The notes under the pieces were generated by a model. The model saw only the letters and a program-made list of their open reading frames with translations, was not told where the DNA came from and searched no databases. 64,000 nt of DNA. Origin: Squalus acanthias. Its lineage: Eukaryota. The DNA lies in contig CM059432.1 in assembly GCA_030390025.1 (NCBI GenBank), positions 103,170,001 to 103,234,000 of the forward strand, written 5' to 3'. Positions within the stretch are counted from its first letter, which is position 1, and each line of letters opens with the position of its first letter. The position numbers were made by a program, and so were the translations under genes. Below, piece by piece: positions 37,410-50,563 of this stretch.

Positions 37410-37752
37410 AAAGAAAGAAAGAAAGACTTGCATTTACGACCTTTCACGACCTCAGGACGTCCCAAAGCATTTTGCTGCCAACGAAGTACTTTTGAAGTGT
37501 AGTCACTGTTGTAATGTAGGAAACGCAGCAGCCAGCTCCCACAAACAGCAATATGATAATGACCAGGTAATCTGGTTTTTTTCATGTTGATTGAGGGATA
37601 ATATTGGCCAGGACACTGGGAATAATTCTCCTGCTCTTCTTCTAAATAGTTCCATGGGATCTTTTGCGTCCACCTGAGAGGGCAGACGTTTAACGTGTAA
37701 TGTTCCATCTGAAAGATGGCACCTCTGACAGTGCAGCACTCCATCAGCACTG
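37410..37752 (-). mobile_element. Deu-domain-type SINE
   Basis: 3' tail GGGACGTCCTGAGGTCGTGAAAGG...AAATGCAAGTCTTTC on the minus strand; related fragments at 24650-24777, 41765-41822 and 48465-49030. Confidence 0.7.
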
Positions 37753-37847
37753 TACTTGAGTACCAGGCAGTAATGATATTGGGACCCCAGCTGATGTGTC
37801 CAGCCAATGAACAGTGCAGGGAGTGCTGGCTGCACACAGAAATCATT

Positions 37848-40125
37848 ATAAGAACAAAAGAATTAGGAGCAGGAGTAGGCCATAAGGCCCCTTAAGCCTG
37901 CTCTGCCAATTCAATAAGATCACGGCTGATCTTTGACCTCAACTCCACTTTCCCACCCAATCTCCATATCCCTTGATTCCCTTAGGGGGGAATTTTTTGC
38001 GGGGTCAGCAGGGGCATTTGGTGGCAGGTCGGCTGGGAATTTTTTTTTTGACCGCCTCCACACTAGTCTCCCAGATGTCGGATCTGTCATCGCTGAACAG
38101 ATCCAACACCAAGCAACGGGGGAGGCAATTTACATCATTAGAGAGATTGTTAAGAGGCAATTAACTAGTATTTTAAGCTTACCTTTAGATTTTTAGAGTT
38201 TGCCAATGGCTTCCCCACTGCTCGGGGATCATGTCAGGTAAGGAGGTCGGGAGTTGTGTCAGCATGGGATGATTTCTTTACTTGACAGCTGCAAATGTGC
38301 TATAAAAGCTTCCATCTCACAGCTGTTCACTTTCCAAGGTTAGACGCTGTTGCTTACTGCATTTGGAAGACAGATTGAACTTGCAAGTGTTTGGAGCAAA
38401 CTCTCTATCCAGTGTCACCTCATTGGAACAACCTCTCTCACCATTGACAGATCACTTCTGTCATCTCAACCTCACCTGCTATCTATTCCATCAGCATCGC
38501 TGATCTTGAAAAAATCTCACCTTGGTTCTTAGAATCCCACCATGGTCAGCCCCAACACCAGCAGCACTAACAACAACACCAACCTTCTCCACAATCAACT
38601 AATGCTGCACAGGACACAAGGCATCAACATCTGACCACATTGCTGCCCAGGATGCCAGGGATGGCCTCACCATAGCCAGATTTACCTTACTTAACGCTGT
38701 ACACCCTGGCTGCCACATGATGCGCCAGGTTGGCACCACCCCCACACCAACACCATAAAGCATCACTACAATGTCCAAGCCATTCTTTTCACACTCATGA
38801 CCATTGCGGGGGGTACCGTTATGTCTCACCATTTACTGCAACTCATTAAGCCACTTCCAAAGGTGCACACAATTCTTTCCAAGAACGCAAAGTGTTGAAA
38901 ATAAAGATTTCAATGTTTGACAGCACATTACCAGAAACTTCACATGAACATTGGCTAAAACACCCAAGTGCCCACCCTTGTGTGTTGTTAGTTGGTATGA
39001 TTGGACTAGGCTGAGGGTGAGTGTGAGGGGTGGCTAGTGAGATGGGGATGTGATAATGTAGATAGAAAGGGATGGGTGGAGGTGCAAGGTAAGTTGGTGT
39101 GAGTTAAGATGTGCAGGAGTAGGGTAGGGAAGGCAGAGTGATGGGGATGTGATGAGTGGCACAGCAGGATGAGGTTGAGTGTGGCTTGGCAGTAACGTTT
39201 TGTGATCTGCTGAGATCATTGAAAGGTTTGCACCACTGCAGCCTGATCCTCCTGACAACATCCCTGCTTGTGTCCTCCTGTGCAATGTGCAACCAGGCTG
39301 TGTTGGTCTCCTGGGGAAGTCACTTCTGCCCATGGGAAGGGAAGAGAACCTACCTGCGTGCTGTGACTCCCTCCATAAGCATATGGAGGGAGTCATGGGA
39401 GAGCCTGGGTGCAGCCGTGCACCTTTGTGCAGTGCTTGTCAGTGTTTGCAGCACCTCAATGCTGTAGAACACTGACAGCACAACTGTCAGAAACAATTTG
39501 CACATGGTCCCTTTAAGGAAACCGGCTGATGACGCGTCATCAAGTGACATCATCAGACCCGCTTCCTTCAATTGGCCGGGAAACACGCTGGGCGGGCTTA
39601 ACAAGCCCAATCAGCGTAAAATTCTTTTCACAGAGCGGGCTGGAGCCAGCAGCAGGGTTGCATTCCGCCACTGGCCCTGGCTGCACCCGACCCGCCTCAG
39701 AAGGCGAAATCGCGGCCTTAGAGTTCAAAAATCTATCAATCTCAGCCTTGAATATAAGAACATAAGAACATAAGAAATAGGAGCAGGAGTAGACCAATCG
39801 GCCCCTCGAGCCTGCTCCGCCATTCAATGAGATCATGGCTGATCTGATCCAACCTCAACTCTAAAGAACACAAGAAGCAGGAGAAGGACCAGGCCACTCG
39901 GTCCCTGGGCCCGCTCCGCCACCCACAGGGCCTTGACCGATCCGAACTCAAACTCATGTCCAATTTCCAGCCCGCTCCCCGTAACCCCTGATTCCCTTTA
40001 CTTCTAGGATATGCTCAAAGATTCAGCATCCACAGACCTTTAGGGTAGATATTTCCAAAGATTCACAACCCTCTGAGTGAAGAAATTCCTCCTCATCTCA
40101 GTCTTAAATGGTCGCCCCCTTATCC
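37848..40125 (-). mobile_element. CR1 3' fragments (37848-37984, 39718-40125) including a nested short CR1 at 39754-40008
   Basis: CR1 3' UTR stem-loop and ATAAGAAC tail. Confidence 0.85.
37985..39717. mobile_element. Internally deleted Harbinger element with a Myb remnant
   Basis: TTA/TTA TSD; Myb-like WCKPFNDL on the minus strand; shares sequence with 57470-58333. Confidence 0.75.
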
Positions 40126-40382
40126 GCGCCCATATTCGGAGGCTAACCAATTTAACCCCTTCATCTCCAACAATGCAGCACTCCCTCAGTAGGAAAGAGT
40201 CAGCCTAGATTAAGTGCACAAGTACCGCGGTGGTGGTGCTTGAATCCATTGCATTGTGACTCAAACACAAGAGTGCTACATCAAGTGCTGCTTCTTTTAA
40301 GTATTTTAATATACCTGCTATAAGGCCCCCTCTGAGGTATCTCGTTTAGAGGCTGAAGAGACCTAACTTATCACGTCATTAC

Positions 40383-40469
40383 CTGTAATTCTTCACTCTG
40401 GCATGAGGTGTCAAGTTTGCTGCTCTCTTCTGCCTTTACTGACTGGATAACCCCCGGTTTTTGCTTTGA
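40383..40469 (-). pseudogene. Pseudo-exon (open)
   Basis: gttttag|TCA ... CAG|gtaatg; 87 nt; SKQKPGVIQSVKAEESSKLDTSCQSEELQ. Confidence 0.55.
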
Positions 40470-40760
40470 CTAAAACTGTATGCAATACTCAAGGGAAAGT
40501 CTGTTTAAGTCACGTTACATTTTCAGGCAAATTTGACAAATGTTTAGACAATATAATCCAGCATTCGACTTGCTTTGTTTATTGTCACCTCACAGTGCTT
40601 AGATATGGAGAATGTCTGACACCCCCAACTCTCTTTCAACTTTCTTGGCAAGTTCTACCTTGAGCATGGAGTAAGTGTACATCCTATATTTGCTTCCAAT
40701 ATGCAATACCGTGCATTACCCATAATGTATTCAATTTGTCACTCATCAGTCCAGTCATCT

Positions 40761-41760
40761 GGGCGCCTTCTTAAATTAAGCGTTTAGACATTTAAAATAT
40801 TGGTCCGCCTGTTTTAGGACCCATTTCAAAATTGGTCTGTGTCAGCACCTGATTCGCAAATTCTTAACACCGCCCAGTAAATCATGGTGGAAACAGTCGA
40901 GAAGCAGGATGCAGAAGCACTATTTAAAGGGATCTTCATCTCCATTAAGATAAGTCTCTGGTTAGTCACTTTAGGTGGCTAGGGTGTTTGTGGGCCATTT
41001 ATTGGTTGTTTTGGCTGCAGTAGCACTTTTTAATAATTTGTCTGAAGAACTTTATGGAGGTGCAGGAGTCTTTCTGTGCTTTGCATTCACCACTGTTAAT
41101 TTTATAATGGGTATTCTGCTGGGCCTACCATTGGGGCTGCAGGATGAGGAGCAGCAGCACCAGCAAAGAAGAGTGCACAGACCAAGACATTCTGGTAGAA
41201 GAGGGCAAAGGAGGACACAGAATGCCATACAGCAGGCATGTATCTGGAACTGGATTGTGACCTGAACTTGACTAAGGAGCAGTGTGTGACATGCCTCTGT
41301 TTATGAAGGATGCTGTCAGTGAGCTGTGTCGCCTGTTGCAGCAGTAACTGAAGCCCTGCACCAAGGCATGGATAGCACTGCCTGTGTTTATCAAGGTCAC
41401 AGTGGCCCTTAAAGCCACAAGGTCATGCCAGGCTGCAATAGGTTCCGTAAGCGACATCACGCAGTTTGCAATCCACTGCAACATCAGGGATGGGAAGGGG
41501 TTCAGGGGGGAGGTTGAGAGTTGTGCCTGTGAATGATCTGCGGTTTTAATGTGGGGCACTTCTGCTCCTCTCAGTTCCGCATTCAGGCAAGTATTTTTAA
41601 CAGTTGGTTCCTCTTGGAGTACAAAAATCCTGCAGGACATGTCCTCCAGCCTTGCCAGTCAATACATTCCTGACACGCCTCCTGCCTATAATGTCCATGA
41701 CATTGCCTTCCAGTGAGGGCAGTATGTGAATGGACTTGCCCTTCTCCTGTTCTTGCCTAT
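40761..41760. mobile_element. Degraded Harbinger remnant
   Basis: HARBI1 N-terminal-like LTKEQC...ALPVFIKVTVAL near 41270-41410. Confidence 0.55.
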
Positions 41761-43272
41761 ACCCTCAAGACATCCCAAAGCACTTCACAGCCAAAGAAAT
41801 AGTTTTGAAGTGTAGTCACTGGTGGCAACATTCGGCTAGAATGCAATAATTGTGGGGGACTTTAATCTTCATATAGATTGGGCAAATCAAATTGGCAAGG
41901 GTAGTCTGGAGGACAAGTTCATGGAATGCTTTCGAGACAGTTTCCTAGAACAATACATCATGGAACCAACCAGGAAACAGGTTATTTTAGATCTTGTTTT
42001 GTGTAATGAGACAGGGTTAATTAGTAATCTTATAGTAAAGGATCCCCGAGGGAATATTGATCATAATATGATAGAATTTCACATTGAGTTTGAGAGTGAC
42101 ATTCTTAAACCGAAACTACAGTCGTAGGGGAGAAATTCCCTAAATTAGAACCACCCGTTAGTGCGGCGTTAAGTGAAGAAAGCAGCCAACATAACGTCAC
42201 CATTGCAAACTTTGACCCTAGTGCTGAGTTCAGCACTGGGTCCTATGCACGGCAGGTAAACCTAGTGTGCAAGCAGACTGGCACAGGGGCTGTCAGCACC
42301 TCTTAAAGAGACACACACATCTTTCAGGTAAGTTTGCATTTAAACTTTTGGAGTTTTTTTTGATTTTATTGAAGTAGTGGCTTGCTGCAAAAGATGTTAA
42401 AAGTTTTTAAGTGTGTTGGGAGTGCTGCTGGACACTTGCAAGGCCTCAGATGGTAAAGGAAGGCCTCTAAGAACACAGAAAATGCTGGAAATACTCAGCA
42501 GGTCAGGCAACATCCGTGGAGAAAGAAACAGAATTCACGTCTCAGGTCAAGATGCTGCCTGACCTGCTGAGTATTTCCAGCATCTTATGCTGTCATTTCA
42601 GATGTACAGCATCCACTTGCAGAGGGAAGAGGAAGACACAGAAGAGGAAGAAGCTGAGGAGGAGGAAGCAGAAGAGGAGGAAGCTGAAGAGGAAGAAGCA
42701 GAAGAGGAGGAATCAGAAGGAAAGATGCAACCCAGACAGCCCCTTTCTGGCCAGGATATCCAAGATGGAATCATCCGCCTGTGGTCCCAGTGACCACAAC
42801 CCCAATTCCCCTTTCAACATTTGTCCCACACCTTACCTTCCCTCTGTTACTGACCATGCAGCATCCTCTTGGCCACAATGCTGAAATAAAAGTCAACACA
42901 AAGCAAACTTTCCAATCCAAATATATACATCTATCTATCCAATATGACATCAAGAAATCAACTCATCACCCTTATACATTCCCTTAATAACTGCCTTGTG
43001 CGTGCTTTTGCCTATCCAACTGCTGTCACACAATACTACCCCAGTGGCTGCAGCATGGCTCCACATCGCCAACCCCCAGCATGAATTTTTCAACAGTAGC
43101 ACTGCGGCCATTTTCAGCGTCCATTACCTCGAGTTGCCGGTGACACTGGTAATTCTTTTGGCGCACACCTTAACTAAAGCCAATAACACACCTTTGAGGG
43201 GCGAGTTGGCTAAGGTGGATTGGGAAATTAGATAAAAAGGTATGACAGTAGATAAGCAGTGGCAAACATTTA

Positions 43273-43765
43273 GGGGGAAAAATTCAGTTGGTTGCGCCTC
43301 CCGTTAGTGCCTTAAGAGGGTGCTAATGGGGCGCAAAGCAACTAGCGCCTGGGCGCGGCGATGTTTGCGCCGCTCGCGAAATTAATTAGACATTTTGCAG
43401 CGGCGCTAAACACTACTGCCACGATCTCCTGCACCAGCAGATCGTGACGTCAGTCGAGTGCGCAACGCCCCGGTAGCGCCCCGGAGCGGATATTGAGTGG
43501 CGCCCCCTGCCTTACCGCCTGCCGCTAGCAACGACAGGTTGAGTGGAGCATTTTGCAGTCAGGAAGGGGCTGGGGGAGCGCTATTTAAAGGCAACCGCTT
43601 CCTGCCTTTTATTGTTGGTGACATTTTTGAACCACGCATTCTGAGAGAGAAGAGAGAGACTTCTGGAGAGATTCAACGCTGTGTGAAGGAGTTTTGGGTA
43701 CTGAGCAGAACTTTGCAGGTTCATTTTGATTTGCCCTTCCTTGTGTCGATTTAGAAGAGACTGTG
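43273..43765. mobile_element. MITE family A, copy 3 (inverted, truncated)
   Basis: Reverse complement of about 601-1092; one TIR. Confidence 0.88.
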
Positions 43766-44837
43766 TTGATAAAAAGGGAGAAAATAGAATATGAGAGTAA
43801 ATTACTAAGAAATATTGGAACAGATTTTAAGAGCTTCTACAAGTATGTAAAAAGGAAGAGAATAACAAAAGTAAGTGTTGGTCCCTTAGAGGTTCAGACA
43901 GGAGAAATTATATTGGGGAACATGGAAATGACAGAGACTTCAAACAAATATTTTGTATCTGTTTTCACAGAAGACACAAAAAGCATACCAAAAATAGTGG
44001 GGAATCAAGGGGCTAATGACAGTGAGGAACTTAAAGTAATTAAGATCAGTAAAGAAAAAGTACTTTAGAAACTAATAGGACTAAAAGCCAACAAATCCCC
44101 TGGACCTGATGGCCTACATCCTAGGGTTCTAAAAGAGGTGGCTGCAGAGATAGTGGATGCATTGGATGTGACCTTCCAAAATTCCCTAGATTCAGGAAAG
44201 ATCCCAGCTGATCAAATGTAATGTAACCCCACTGTTCAAGAAAGGAGGGAGAGAGAAAACAGGGAACTGCAGGCCAGTTAACCTGACATCAGTCATTGGG
44301 AAAATGCTGGAATCCATTATTAAGGAAGTGGTAACAGGGCACTTAGAAAATCACATGATTAGGCTGAGTCAACATGGTTTTATGAAAGGGAAATCATGTT
44401 TGACAAATTTATGAGTTTTTTTGTGGATGTAACTAACGGGGTAGATAAAGGGGAACCAGTGGATGTAGTATATTTGGATTTTCAAAAGGCATTCTATAAG
44501 GTGCTACATAAAAGGTTGTTATGCAAGATAAGAGATCATGGGGTTGGGGTAATGTATTAGCATGGATTGAGGATTGGTTAACGGACAGAAAACAGAGAGT
44601 AGGGATAAACGGGTCATTTTCAGATTGGCAGGCTGTAACTAGTGGGGTGCCACAAGGATCAGGATTGGGCCTCAACTATTTACAATCTATATTAATGATT
44701 AATAAAGGGACTGAGTGCAATGTATCCAAGTTTGCTGACGATAAAAAGCTAGGTGGGAAAGTAAGCTGTGAGGAGGACACAAAGAGCCTGCAAAGAGATA
44801 TAGACAGGTTAAGTGAGTGAGCAATAAGGTGGCAGAT

Positions 44838-47705
44838 TTTTTTTTAATTCATTCATGGGATGTGGGTGGAGCTGACAAGGCCAGTATTTACTGCCCATCC
44901 CTAGTTGCCCTTGAGAAGGTGGTGGTGAGCTGCCTTCCTGAACTGCTGCAGTCCGTGTGGTGAGGGTACTCCCACAGTGCTGTTAGGGAGGGATTTTGAG
45001 GATTTTGACCCAGCGACGTTGAAGGAACGGTGATATACTTCCAAGTCAGGATGGTGTGTGGCTTGGAGGGGAACTTGGAGGTGGTGGTGTTCCCATGCGC
45101 CTGCTGCCCTTGTCAATTTAGGTGGTAGAGGTCGCGGGTTTGGGAGGTGCTGCCGAGGAAGCCTTGGCGAGTTGCTGCAGTGCATCTTGTAGATGGTACA
45201 CACTGCAGCCACAGTGGTGGAGGGAGTGAATGTTTAAGGTGGTCCATGGGGTGCCAATCAAGTGGCCCTGCTTTGTCCTGGATGGTGTTGAGCTTCTTGA
45301 GAGTTGTTGGAGCTGCACTCATCCAGGCAAGTGGAGAGTATTCCATCACATTCATTAGTTGTGCCTTGTAGATGGTGGAAAGACTTTGGGGAGTCAGGAG
45401 GTGAGACACTCATCGCAGAATACCTAGCCTCTGACCTGTTCTTGTTGCCACAGTATTTATGTGGCTGGTCCAGTTAAGTTTCTGGTCAATGGTGACCCCC
45501 AGGATGTTGATGGTGGGGGGTTTGGCGATGGTAATGCCGTTGAATGTCAAGGGGCAGTGGTTAGATTCTCGCTTGTTGGAGATAGTCATTGTCTGGCACT
45601 TGTGTGGCGCGAATGTTACCTGCCACTTATCAGTCCAAGCCTGAATGTCGTCCAGTCTTGTTGCATGTGGGCATAGACTGCTTCATTAAATGAGGAGTTG
45701 TGAATGGCACTGAACACTGTGCCGTCATCAGCGAACATCCCCACTTCTGACCTTATGTTGGAGCGAAGGTAATTGATGAAGCAGCTGAAGATAGTTGGGC
45801 CTAGGACACTGCCCTGAGGAACTCCTGCAGCGATGTCCTGGGGCTGAGATGATTGACCTCCAACCACCACAACCATCTTCCTTTGTGCTAGGTATGACTC
45901 CAGCTAGTGGAGAGTTTTCCCCCTGATTCCCATTGATTTCAGTTTTATTAGGGCTCCTTGATGCCACACTCGGTCAAATGCTGCCTTGATGTCAAGGGCA
46001 GTCACTCTCACCTCACCTCTGGAATTCAGCTCCTTTGTCCATGTTTGGACCAAGGCTGTAATGAGGTCTGGAGCTGAGTGGTCTTAGCGGAACCCAAACT
46101 GGGCATCAGTGAGCAGGTTATTGGTGAGTAAGTGCCGCTTGATAGCACTGTAGAAAACACCTTCCATCACTTTGCTGGTAATTGAGAGTAGACTGATGGG
46201 GCGGTAATTGGCCAGATTGGATTTGTCCTGCTTTTTGTGGACAGGACATACTTGGGCAGTTTTGCACATTGTCGGATAGATGCCAGTGTTGTAGCTGTAC
46301 TGGAACAGCTTGGCTAGAGGCGCAGCTAGTTCTGGAGCACAAGTCTTCAGCAGGGCAGCCGGGATGTTGTCGGGGCCCATAGCCTTTGCTGTATCCAGTG
46401 CACTCAGCCGTTTCTTGATATCACATGGAGTGAATCGAATTGGCTGAAGACTGGCTTCTGTGATGGTGGGGACCACAGGAGGAGGCTGATATGGATCATC
46501 CACTCGGCACTTCTGGCTGAAGATGGTTGCAAACGCGTCAGCCTTGTCTTTTGCACTCACATGCTGGGCTCCACCATCATTGAGGATGGGGATATTCATG
46601 GAGCCTCCTCCTCCCATTAGTTGTTTAATGGTCCACCACCATTCACGACTGGATGTGGCAGGACTGCAGAGCTTTGATCTGATCCGTTGATTGTGGGATC
46701 GCTTAGCCCTGTCTATAGCATGCTGCTTCCGCTTTTTAGCATTCATGTAGTCCTGTGTTGCAGCTTCCTCAGGTTGGCACCTCATTTTTAGGTACGCCTG
46801 GTGCTGCTCCTGGCATTCTCTTCTACACTCCTCATTGAACCAGGATTGGTCCCCTGGCTTGGTGGTAATGGGATATGCCAGGGCATGAGGATACAAATTG
46901 TGGTGGAATACAATTCTGCTGCTGCTGATGGCCCACAGCGCCTCATGGATGCCCAGTTTTGAGCTGCTAGATCTGTTCTAAATCTGTCCCATTTAGCACG
47001 GTGGTAGTGCCAGACAACGCGATGGAGGGTGTCCTCAGTGTGAAGATGGGACTCCGTCTCCACAATGACTGTGCGGTGGTTGACATGGCCCTCAACCTTG
47101 TCCGTTCCATTTCCCATACTTCTGCTCTCACCCCTTCCCCTCCCTCCAAGAACCACGATAGGGTTTCCCTTGTCCTCACCTTTTACCCCACCAGCCTCCA
47201 ATTTCAACGGATCATCCTCCGCCATTTCCACCACCTCCAGCGTGATCCCACCACCAAACGCATCTTCCCCTCACCTCCCTTTCAGCATTCCGAAGGGCCC
47301 GATCCCTCCGCGACACCCTGGTCCACTCCTCAATCACCCCCAACACCCCTCCCCTTCCCACAACACCTTCCCGTGCAAGCGCAGAAGATGCAATACCTAC
47401 TCTTTTACCTCCTCCCTTCCCACTGTCCAGGTCCCCAAACAATCCTTCCAGGTGAAACAGTGATTTACTTGTACAATGACTGTGCGGTGGTCACTGCTCC
47501 CAATGCTGTCATGGACAGATGCATCTGCGACAGGTAGATTGGTGAGGACGAGATCAAGTAGGTTTTTCCCTCGTGTTGGTTCTCTCACCACCTGTCGCAG
47601 GCCCAGACTGGCAGCTATGTCCTTCAGGACTCGGCCAGCTCGGTGCTACCGAGCCACTCTTGGTGATGGACATTGAAGTCCCCCACCCAGAGTACATTCT
47701 GTGAC
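44838..47705 (-). mobile_element. LINE of a second, non-HER1 clade (CR1/L2-group-like)
   Basis: [51 protein letters not shown]; tail CCCATGAATGAAT. Confidence 0.88.
47081..47472 (+). mobile_element. Internal Penelope fragment flanked by a 19-bp direct repeat
   Basis: Matches about 51335-51725; ACAATGACTGTGCGGTGGT at 47062-47080 and 47473-47491. Confidence 0.85.
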
Positions 47706-49104
47706 CTGGAGTATAATGTGGGGAATTGTGAGGTTATTCACTTTGGTAGGAAGAATAGAATAGAAAACAGAATATTTTTTAAATGGTGAGAAACTATTAA
47801 ATGTTGGTGTTCAGAGAGATTTAGGTTACCTAATACTAGAAACTCTCTGGAGTTTAGAAGAATGAAAGTTGATCTCATTGAAACATTTCAGATTCTCTGG
47901 GAGATTGACAGGGTAGATGCTAAGAGATTGTTTCCCCTGGCTGGAGAGTCTAGAACTAAGGGGCTTCGTCTCAGGATAAGGGATCAGCATTTTAAGACTG
48001 AGATGAGGAGGAATTTCTTTACTCAGAGGGTTGTGAGTCTTTGGAATTGTCTGCCCCAAAGGGCTGTGGATGTTCAGTCGTTGAGTATATTCAAGGCTAA
48101 GATCGATAGATTTTTGGACTCTAGAGGAATCAAGGGATATGGGCAGCGGGCAGGAAAGTGGAGCTGAGGTTGAAGATCAGCCATGATCTTATTGAATGGC
48201 GGAGCAGGCTCGAGGGGCAGTATGGCCTACTCCTGCTCCTAATTCTTATGTTCTTATGTTCTAGAACAAGTACTCCAGCCAGCTCTAAAAGTTCATCTAA
48301 GATGTGCTTGTTCTCCAGGGATAGGCAGTACAAAATTTTAGATCAACATCCTTCTTTCATCTGTGTTTTGACTTCCCGATTTTCATCAGTAAAATTACAT
48401 TTTGTTACTTGTCAACATCAGTGTGTGCAAAAGGCAACTAAAGATTTATTATTCTGTCAGCCTAGTTTCGTTGTAACACTCTCAACTTTGAGTTGTGAAG
48501 GTCATGGGTTCAACCCCAACTCCAGGATCTGAACACATAAATCAAGTCTGTACTGAAGCACTGTTCGATGTCCTGAGGATGTGAAAGGCAATATATAAAA
48601 GCAAATTATTTCTCTTTTTATTGTCCCTGAGTTAGTGGGTTCACAACCTCCTCCAGGATTTAAGCATATAATCTGGGTTGACATTGCAGTTCAGTACTGA
48701 GAGAGTGCTACATCTTTTGGATTAAGCTAAAGCCCTGTCCACTTGTTCAGGTGAATGTAACATATCTCCTAGCACTATTTGAAGAACAGTTAGTTCTCCC
48801 AGTGTCCCAGACAATATTTATTCCTCAGCCAACAACACTAAAGACTGATTAACTGGTCATTTATCATTTGATGTTGTGGGACCCTGCTGTGTGCAAATTG
48901 GCTGCTGAATTTGTGTACAGAGCAACAATGCCTGCACTTCAAAAGTAATTCATTGGCCATTAAGCATTTTGGGATTTCCCAAGGATTTAATGGTACTATA
49001 TGATTGTAAATCTTATTTTTTTTTCTTTCTTGTTCAGCCCATTGAGTTATGATTGCTTCATAAAATGAGCAGTGAGGGCTTTCTTGGTCTTTTCAAAGTC
49101 TACA

Positions 49105-50270
49105 CATAGAAACAGAAAAATAGGAGCAGGAGTAGGCCATTCGGCCCTTCGAGCCTGCTCCGCCATTCAATATGATTATGGCTGATCCGCTATCTCAATA
49201 CCATATTCCCGCTCTCCCCATACCCCTTGATGCCTTTTGTGTCTAGAAATCTATCTACTTTCTTCTTAAATATATTCAGTGACTTGGCCTCCACAGCCTT
49301 CTGTGGTAGAGAATTCCACAGGTTCACCACCCTATGAGTGAAGAAATTTCTCCTCATCACAGTCCTAAATGTCCTACCCCGTATCCTGAGACTGTGACCC
49401 CTCGTTCTAGATCCCCCAGCCAGGTGAAACATCCTCCCTGCATCCAGTCTGTCTAGCCCTGTCAGAATTTTATACGTTTCAATGAGATCCCCTCTCATTC
49501 TTCGAAACTCTAGTGAATACAGGCCTAGTCGACCCAATCTCTCCTCATACGACAGTCCTGCCATCCCAGGAATCAGTCTGGTGAACCTTCACTGCACTCC
49601 CTCTATGGCAAGTATATCCTTTCTTAGGTAAGGAGACCAAAACTGCACACAGTACTCCAGGTGTGGTCTCACCAAGGCCCTGTATAACTGTAGCAAGACA
49701 TCCTTGCTCCTGTACTCAAATCCTCTTGCAATGAAGGCCAACATACTATTTGCCTTCCTAACTGCTTGCTGCACCTGCATGTTTTGTGTCGTCAGCAAAC
49801 TTGGAAATATTACATTTGGTTCCCTCATCCAAATCATTGATATATATTGTGAATATCTGGGGCCCGAGCACTGATCCCTGCGGTACTCTTCTAGTCACCG
49901 CCTGCCAACCCGAAAAAGACCCATTTATTCCTACTCTCTGTTTCCTGTCTGTTAACCAATTTTCAATCCATGCCAGTATATTACCCCCAATCCCATGTGC
50001 TTTAATTTTTCACACTAACCTCTTATGTGGGACTTTATCAAAGGCCTTCTGAAAATCCAAATACACCACATCCACTGGTTCTCCCTTATCTATTACATCT
50101 AGTTACATCCTCAAAAAATTCCAGTAGGTTTGTCAAACACGATTTCCCTTTCATAAATCCATTTTAACTTTGTCTAATCCCGTTGATATTTTCTAAGTGT
50201 CCTGTTATCACATCCTTTATAATAGACTCTAGCATTTTCCCTACTACTGATGTTAGGCTAACTGGTCTAT
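49105..50270 (-). mobile_element. CR1 RT/3' fragment with an internal deletion
   Basis: ORFs 49190-49564 and 49589-49837. Confidence 0.92.
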
Positions 50271-50563
50271 ACACCATTTCTATTATTTGGTAGCATGTCA
50301 CATATTTTGTAAATATTCTCCCCTATAATCCAAAAGCAAAGCTCTCTTTTGCATAATATTGGTGATATCAAAACCTGTCATGGCATACTCAAACAGTTTC
50401 ATCCATTTCTATTGCGAATGGCTTACCTTCTGACTCCCTAAACCTCTCCACCACCTACAAAGCACATGTCAGGAGTGTGATGGAATACTCCTCACTTTCC
50501 TGGATGGAAGAAGCTGTAACAACATTCAAGAAGCTCAACACCATCCAAGACACTATGCTTCAC

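Larger units (their letters stand above)
41845..48260 (+). mobile_element. Degraded CR1 interrupted by Harbinger (42127-43195), MITE A (43273-43765) and an antisense LINE
   Basis: Collinear endonuclease and RT fragments; 3' tail at 48240-48260. Confidence 0.9.
40589..48437 (-). pseudogene. Pseudo-exon split by a 7.5-kb TE cluster (parts 48263-48437 and 40589-40760)
   Basis: The parts rejoin in frame at a shared TCT: ...LDELLELAGVLVL|DDWTDE*QIEYIMGNARYCILEANIGC...SKHCE|gtgaca. Confidence 0.55.

Noticed and set aside
5792..48437. Many in-frame TGA codons in the host exons, suggesting a selenoprotein or recoding
   Set aside because: TAG and TAA stops, frameshifts and TE insertions within exons also occur; CGA>TGA CpG decay in a pseudogene is the simpler explanation
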